Below are positions 43,419-47,787 of a DNA stretch of 47,787 bases, piece after piece. Every line of letters begins with the position of its first letter. Within the stretch, counting starts at the first letter, position 1. A program made the position numbers and the translations under genes. Where the stretch lies: assembly GCA_030445695.1 (NCBI GenBank), contig JASUTF010000003.1:1-47787 (forward strand). The letters run 5' to 3'. This DNA comes from Candidatus Iainarchaeum sp. (GTDB lineage Archaea > Iainarchaeota > Iainarchaeia > JAADDC01). The notes under the pieces are model-generated. The model was not told the DNA's origin, made no database searches, and worked only from the letters and a program-made list of their open reading frames with translations.

Positions 43419-43453
43419 CTCTTAATGGTTTTTCTTGGCAGGAGCAGAGGTGA

Positions 43454-43780
43454 ATGATCATGACCATCGAGCTATCGAAGATGTTCGGGATGGACATATA
43501 CTCAATTGACGCGGAATACGTCGGAAAGGCCTATGACTTCGTAATAGATCTGGAACAGGGCAGGGTTTCCAAGATCACCCTCGAACCATTCAAAGTGAGG
43601 TCCAAGAAAGAGGCAGCAGAGATACTCAAGAAGAAGAGTGTTGGGTATGAGAAAGTGATCGCGGTCAAGGATATTATCCTCATCGACCCGCGCAAGACGG
43701 CAGCTCCAGTGAAGCAGCAGCCAGTACAGTCAACGTACTCCCGGTTCGGTGCACGTAGGGGTATTCTTGGCAGACGATGA
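43454..43780 (+). CDS. PRC-barrel domain protein
   Basis: ELSKMFGMDIYSIDAEYVGKAYDFVIDLEQGRVSKITLEP is the usual PRC-barrel pattern (G..V......lG.v.D...d...g.v). 108 aa with a basic tail. Confidence 0.72.
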   Translation: MIMTIELSKMFGMDIYSIDAEYVGKAYDFVIDLEQGRVSKITLEPFKVRSKKEAAEILKKKSVGYEKVIAVKDIILIDPRKTAAPVKQQPVQSTYSRFGARRGILGRR

Positions 43781-43815
43781 ACAGGAATTATGTATATTCC
43801 CACTTCTTTTTAATC

Positions 43816-43825
43816 TACATAACGC
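43816..43825. repeat. box copy D: tacataacgc
   Basis: Read directly. It lies 45-54 nt upstream of ATG 43870, just downstream of the T/A-rich stretch cttctttttaat. Confidence 0.55.
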
Positions 43826-43869
43826 ATATTCTACCTGACTAACTACAGGATTACCGGAAGTGAAGGGCC

Positions 43870-44436
43870 ATGCCATACCATGGATACCGCGTCATGTATT
43901 CCATCAAATGGAGCGGCAAAAAGTCCGCTTACATCTACCAGCGCTTTTTCCGGGCAATTTACGGGTACACGCAGGTCGTGGTCAAGGGTAACGGACGCCG
44001 CTACGTTTATTATCGTGAAGGCGTCCTCACGAAATATCCGTTCATCAAAGAGGGCAAGAATATGGTGGTTGTCCCCGACAACGCGTTGCAACCCCTCCTA
44101 AATTTCCTTAAGACGGGGCAGAACCCCGCTCACCGCTTTAGCTTCTCTGCAAACTGGCCCGAGCTCGTGAAGTACAGCATGGAGGAAACATCTGTGGATG
44201 ATCATCCTGCATCCATGGCGGTTCTCGAGGCCCTAGGCAGGATCAAAGTGTCACTTGTTGGGGGCCCCGTTTCGGCCCGCGATCTTCTCCAGCGTGTGGA
44301 TATGCTCCAGCCCGATGAGCTCTACGCTCTATACTATGCTGTAACGCCCATACTCCAGTCCAACTGGGTCAGAGCACTCGCGAGCACAGAACCACAGCTC
44401 TTCGAGCGGCTTCGCCTGTTACAGTCACGTGTCTGA
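43870..44436 (+). CDS. hypothetical protein (188 aa) with a beta-alpha-beta N-terminal module and a possible C-terminal HTH
   Basis: YRVMYSIKWSGKKSAYIYQRFFRAIYGYTQVVV...RRYVYYREGVL, then AVLEALGRI...GPVSARDLLQRVDMLQPDELYALYYAVTPIL. I could not assign a family. Confidence 0.55.
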   Translation: MPYHGYRVMYSIKWSGKKSAYIYQRFFRAIYGYTQVVVKGNGRRYVYYREGVLTKYPFIKEGKNMVVVPDNALQPLLNFLKTGQNPAHRFSFSANWPELVKYSMEETSVDDHPASMAVLEALGRIKVSLVGGPVSARDLLQRVDMLQPDELYALYYAVTPILQSNWVRALASTEPQLFERLRLLQSRV

Positions 44437-44919
44437 TCAACTCACTTTTTCTACGCTGAGCTTCTGCGCCTTATACGTTCCGATAACGTAGCAGCCCAGC
44501 TTATCGGTAGCACACGCAGCGTTCAGGTCAGCGGGGCACGCCATCAGGTTCAGCTCAACATCTCTCAGAAATGGGACGGAGGAGTCCAGGTACTGCGCGG
44601 ACATGCTATTCGTTCCCCCCGTTATGTATGGTAGCACGCAGAACGTACTTGGCGGGTCTGCAACATCATAGCACACGACCCTGACAAGGTATTCTGGCTC
44701 GATGCCCGTGTATGTCACCTTCAAAACGCCCGCGGACGTGTTACATTCACTGGTGCCGTATGATACATATGTGGCCCGAATCTGCCTCGACACCACCCTC
44801 TTCACCGCCGATGCGAGGTCAGAAGTATGGCGGACGTACGCCGACATTGTGGCATATGCCGCTATTAGTATTGCTGCCACGACGAACAGCGCTGTAATTA
44901 CGTTGGAAATCCCCCTCAT
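44437..44919 (-). CDS. archaeal type IV prepilin-like protein, Cys-rich
   Basis: MRGISNVITALFVVAAILIAAYA is a class III signal peptide plus hydrophobic helix. There is a 4-nt overlap with the upstream pilin gene. Confidence 0.6.
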   Translation of the reverse strand: MRGISNVITALFVVAAILIAAYATMSAYVRHTSDLASAVKRVVSRQIRATYVSYGTSECNTSAGVLKVTYTGIEPEYLVRVVCYDVADPPSTFCVLPYITGGTNSMSAQYLDSSVPFLRDVELNLMACPADLNAACATDKLGCYVIGTYKAQKLSVEKVS

Positions 44920-45404
44920 TCCGCCACACCAATGGTCACGGACTTCTCGAACTTCAACCCGATGACTGTAATCGTGTATCCGGAATATGAAGAATCGGCG
45001 GGTAGCCAGAATATTATTGCCTCTCCCGGGCTGAGTGCCTCCAGCGGCCAGTCCGTGGAGTTTATGTCGAAGACATTTCCATCCACGTCGATCAGTTTGC
45101 CGCTGGGCGCGATTGGTGTCGGGTCTCCTGGCTTTGTGTATATTACACGCACGTTGACGATGGGTACAGAGCCGTTGTTATGTATAATAACTGGCTGGTT
45201 TGAATCCCATATGTTTATGGGTGGTGGCGTGAGAATCGCCACGGATGCAAGGATTCTTTGCTCTGCGGCCGCGGCGTCCGTATAAATTGCGCTGGAGACC
45301 TGGGTCGTGCTCGCCGTGGCCCACGTGTAGAACAGTGCGACGATAGCCATGCTCACGAGAACAAGAAGCGCAGATGTCACAACCGGGCTAACACCTCTCC
45401 GCAC
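44916..45404 (-). CDS. archaeal type IV prepilin (DUF361-type N-terminus)
   Basis: Re-started at GTG 45404, giving (M)RRGVSPVVTSALLVLVSMAIVALFY, the canonical short class III signal. The track start at 45449 is a TTG that would place the TATA box inside the gene. Confidence 0.7.
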   Translation of the reverse strand: MRRGVSPVVTSALLVLVSMAIVALFYTWATASTTQVSSAIYTDAAAAEQRILASVAILTPPPINIWDSNQPVIIHNNGSVPIVNVRVIYTKPGDPTPIAPSGKLIDVDGNVFDINSTDWPLEALSPGEAIIFWLPADSSYSGYTITVIGLKFEKSVTIGVAE

Positions 45405-45420
45405 ACAAGGAGAACGAACC

Positions 45421-45436
45421 GTTATATTTAAATATA
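45421..45436 (-). promoter_or_regulatory. TATA box for the prepilin operon
   Basis: gttatatttaaatata centred about 25 nt upstream of GTG 45404. Confidence 0.5.
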
Positions 45437-45519
45437 CCTTACGATCCAAACTTATGTTTAGGAAAGGGCCTACACCCCCTCCGTCCGCACGGTTTCTGTA
45501 CCCTTTCCCACCCCCACCC

Positions 45520-45529
45520 TTTTATATCC
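45520..45529 (+). promoter_or_regulatory. TATA box for 45548-46033
   Basis: cttttatatcc centred about 23 nt upstream of GTG 45548. Confidence 0.4.
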
Positions 45530-45547
45530 CCGTGTAGAATTAATCTC

Positions 45548-46033
45548 GTGATCCGCAGAATCATTAATGCGGGACGCTCCCGGGCAGCAAAACTGCCAAA
45601 TCTCCGGCAGGAAGAGCTTGTTGCAATATCCCTTTCCCAAGTGTTTTTCCTATATGCACTTACCCTTGTTCTCATATCCGGCTGGGCGAGCGGTTTCGTT
45701 GAGTTCTCACAATTAACACGCGTTCTCTATGGACTCGCAGCAATAATCTTCCTCGCGTTTTCATACGTTGCCTTCGACAGGGTGGAGGGCATCGACTTCT
45801 TCGATTTCATCTCGGGCATGGTGTTTACGGGCGAGCTGCGGAAGTACCCCCACGGCAAGGCGGTGGATATCGCGGCAGCTCAACTCTATTTTGGCCTCGT
45901 CCTGATCGGCGTTGTCCCTGTGATCGTCAAGGTGTACGGCGATCCGTCAGTGGCCGCGGGGTTCCTCACGCTTGGTGGCCTTCTCGTGGCCACGGGGGTG
46001 GCTGGCTATGTACTATCAGGAAAGGCGCGTTGA
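45548..46033 (+). CDS. polytopic membrane protein, unknown function
   Basis: 161 aa with 4 hydrophobic helices. GTG start. Confidence 0.55.
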   Translation: MIRRIINAGRSRAAKLPNLRQEELVAISLSQVFFLYALTLVLISGWASGFVEFSQLTRVLYGLAAIIFLAFSYVAFDRVEGIDFFDFISGMVFTGELRKYPHGKAVDIAAAQLYFGLVLIGVVPVIVKVYGDPSVAAGFLTLGGLLVATGVAGYVLSGKAR

Positions 46034-46349
46034 TCCTGATCTGATCATCCTTCTTGTTGCCGCAGCGGTGCTGGCATTTGCAGTTATGTATACGCCCTAC
46101 CGTGCGGACATCCTTTCGGAGGGCTTCACGCACGTTTTGATACTCGACGCCACGGTGTCCGGCGAAGGCGTGTCCATTCTTCTCTACTCCCCTGCTGACG
46201 CCCGTTTTGATGCGGACATGAATTTTGTGTCCGTAATCCCTGCGGGGGAGTCCATAATCCATATACCAAAACCTGTCGAGCGAATAAACGCGTGCGTGGA
46301 GTCAAACAACTTCCGTGATTGCGGCACAATCTCCCCAAGGGGGTATTAA
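46008..46349 (+). CDS. membrane-anchored beta-rich protein, unknown function
   Basis: ATG 46008 (MYYQERRVDPDLIILLVAAAVLAFAVMY) within track ORF 45972-46349. It overlaps the previous gene by 26 nt. Confidence 0.45.
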   Translation: MYYQERRVDPDLIILLVAAAVLAFAVMYTPYRADILSEGFTHVLILDATVSGEGVSILLYSPADARFDADMNFVSVIPAGESIIHIPKPVERINACVESNNFRDCGTISPRGY

Positions 46350-46879
46350 ATCTCGTTCAGGATCTTTTTGGCTCTCCATATCTGGTCCAGCTGCTCGTCG
46401 ATCTTCTTCTTCTCTTCCTCCACGTCCAGCGGTTGGAGTTCTGCACCACAGGCGGGGCATCTGAAGTCGTACTCCATGGCCACCTCGAATGGCTCCCGGA
46501 CGTGGCCCTCCGGGCAGACGAAGAACATGAACTGGTCTAATTCTTCCCGCTTCTGGCGCAGCTCGCTTTCCCTCTCCTCAAGCTCCCCGATAACTGCCTC
46601 CTTTATCTTGTCCTTCACCAAGAACCATGTGTACGTCCACCAGCCCGTTTCGGGGTTCTGCTCCTTCGTGTAGTCCGCGATCCCCCAGTAGTGGAGGCGG
46701 TTGAAGACGGCACGGACCACCGTTACCTTTACGCCCATCTTTTCAGCCACCTGCTCGTCCGTTACTGCGTTCCCCATCTCCACCATGAGCTTCATCACGG
46801 TCAGCGCGTTCTCACCGCCGATTCTCTGCAGGTATTCCGCAACAAACGGGAGTTCAATGAGCTGGAGGATCGGATCCAT
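46346..46879 (-). CDS. tfe: transcription factor E (TFE, TFIIE-alpha homologue)
   Basis: An N-terminal winged helix ([31 protein letters not shown]), followed by WWTYTWFL, a coiled coil and a zinc ribbon (CPEGH...CPACG). 177 aa. Confidence 0.85.
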   Translation of the reverse strand: MDPILQLIELPFVAEYLQRIGGENALTVMKLMVEMGNAVTDEQVAEKMGVKVTVVRAVFNRLHYWGIADYTKEQNPETGWWTYTWFLVKDKIKEAVIGELEERESELRQKREELDQFMFFVCPEGHVREPFEVAMEYDFRCPACGAELQPLDVEEEKKKIDEQLDQIWRAKKILNEI

Positions 46880-47456
46880 TATTCTTATTCCCCTCCGAAA
46901 TCTTTTTGATAACGGTCTTCCCGCGGGGGTTCGGCACTATTTTTACCTTCCAGTCCCTGAACTCCTGCTCCAGTTCTTTCCCCCCGAACAACCTGTCCAG
47001 GAATATTGCAAGGGCGGCGATCTCGCTGTGCGGCTGGTTACCCACAGCCACGTTGTAGTCCGCCAGCTCGTAGACCTCCCTCGGGACCTTTTCCGCCCCA
47101 ACCACCACGAGGATGTCCTTCTCCCCCTCTGCCTTTATCCTCTGAACCGCCTCGTTCACTGGCATCCCGTACATGGTGAGGTGGACGATGATACCCCCCC
47201 TCTCCTTCCAGTCACGTATGGTTTTGCGCCAGGAATCCGTGTATGTTATGTAGAATGGTCCCCCCCACCTCTCCGTCACGTCTCGCCAGGTTTTCAGCAC
47301 GTTCTCGTCCCTCTCACCCGCCAGTATGATGCCGTCCGCCCCGAAGGCCCTCGCGACAAGGCCCACGTGCGTCGTTACCCTCTTGTCGCGGTCCTTCCTA
47401 TGGCCGAGCCGCAGCACGTAGATCGTATCTATCCCCCCTTTCAGGCACGATTGCAC
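46854..47456 (-). CDS. trm56: tRNA (cytidine56-2'-O)-methyltransferase aTrm56 (SPOUT)
   Basis: [30 protein letters not shown] is the Trm56 N-terminal signature, and [14 protein letters not shown] is also present. The start is uncertain (GTG 47456 or GTG 47417). Confidence 0.85.
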   Translation of the reverse strand: MQSCLKGGIDTIYVLRLGHRKDRDKRVTTHVGLVARAFGADGIILAGERDENVLKTWRDVTERWGGPFYITYTDSWRKTIRDWKERGGIIVHLTMYGMPVNEAVQRIKAEGEKDILVVVGAEKVPREVYELADYNVAVGNQPHSEIAALAIFLDRLFGGKELEQEFRDWKVKIVPNPRGKTVIKKISEGNKNNGSDPPAH

Positions 47457-47787
47457 CGTAGCCCTTCTTTTCCAGCTCTCCGGCGAACTCCACTGCCTTA
47501 TCAGGATCCCCGTGGACCACGAACACCGTTTCCGGGTCGGAGGACCGCACGTAGTTCATCAGGTCGTTGTAGTCACCGTGGGCACTGAACTTCGCCGTGT
47601 ATACCGCGCATTTCACGGGTATTTCCTCACCGTCTATTGTTATCGTCTCCGCACCGTCCTGCAGTTCCCGTCCAAGCGTCCCCTCTGCCTGGTAGCCCAC
47701 CAGGATGACCGTGCTCTCCGGTTCCCTTGCGATGTGCTTCAGGTAGCGTATAGCCGGCCCCCCCGTCAGCATGCCCGATGTCGTCAC
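47398..47787 (-). CDS. beta-CASP family metallo-beta-lactamase RNase (aCPSF-like), C-terminal part; the N-terminus lies beyond the right edge
   Basis: [34 protein letters not shown] and VVHGD are the beta-CASP motifs B/C and the RMMBL region. Confidence 0.8.
   Translation of the reverse strand: MTTSGMLTGGPAIRYLKHIAREPESTVILVGYQAEGTLGRELQDGAETITIDGEEIPVKCAVYTAKFSAHGDYNDLMNYVRSSDPETVFVVHGDPDKAVEFAGELEKKGYGAIVPERGDRYDLRAAARP

Noticed and set aside
1-47787. Search by eye for CRISPR arrays, rRNA, tRNA, IS elements, integrases and toxin-antitoxin or known defence genes.
   Set aside because: I saw no regularly spaced direct repeats, rRNA-like conserved blocks, DDE/tyrosine-recombinase motifs or recognisable defence ATPase/nuclease sets. 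The idea that 42.2-46.3 kb is an integrated mobile element therefore lacks direct support: I found no integrase, no flanking direct repeats and no tRNA target.

Overview
This 47.8-kb window reads as a chromosomal segment of an archaeon. It carries archaeal PriS/PriL primase, GINS, PCNA, Orc1/Cdc6, TFE, aIF2-alpha, archaeal-type LeuRS, DTD2, Trm56 and Taw1. TATA-like boxes sit about 25 nt upstream of many start codons, and many genes overlap by 4-25 nt. I cannot assign a lineage from the sequence alone. Coding density is very high and coding DNA is GC-rich. I found no rRNA, tRNA, CRISPR array, transposase or integrase.

Layout:
- 1-5264: a co-directional replisome/translation gene string made of an OB-fold protein, two tandem PCNA paralogues, a cysteine-free PriL, PriS, GINS51, S27e and aIF2-alpha.
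- 5.3-12.3 kb: a KaiC-like ATPase, a GT-C-like membrane protein, Orc1/Cdc6, and a YqfB-like ASCH gene overlapping the ac4C synthase TmcA.
- 12.3-16 kb: a hyper-acidic Trp-rich miniprotein (absent from the ORF track), a miniaturised second PriS-family primase-polymerase, and a head-to-head Lhr helicase.
- 16-29 kb: housekeeping genes (DTD2, RecJ/GAN-like DHH nuclease, AMMECR1, Taw1, MtaD, Dph6-like, P-type ATPase) interspersed with lineage-specific unknowns.
- 29.2-32 kb: a cluster of prepilin-like proteins, including a 496-aa FlaF/G-like protein fused to DUF2341 and LamG domains.
- 32-41.8 kb: MBL hydrolase, GNAT, geranylgeranyl reductase with its ferredoxin, LeuRS, an HD protein and orphan genes.
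- 42.2-43.9 kb: the compositional outlier of the window. It is a very AT-rich, largely gene-free stretch containing repeated TACATAAC(GC) palindromic boxes and three CCAGwwTwyGGGGTAA modules. A small wHTH regulator, a PRC-barrel protein and an unknown 188-aa protein are embedded in or next to it, followed by a second prepilin pair.
- Right end: TFE, Trm56 and a beta-CASP RNase.

The leads I rate highest are the AT-rich repeat locus (candidate replication origin or dedicated regulatory hub), the ASCH-TmcA pair, and the mini-PriS/Lhr/acidic-peptide module. All functional calls rest on motif recognition by eye and need HMM or BLAST confirmation.
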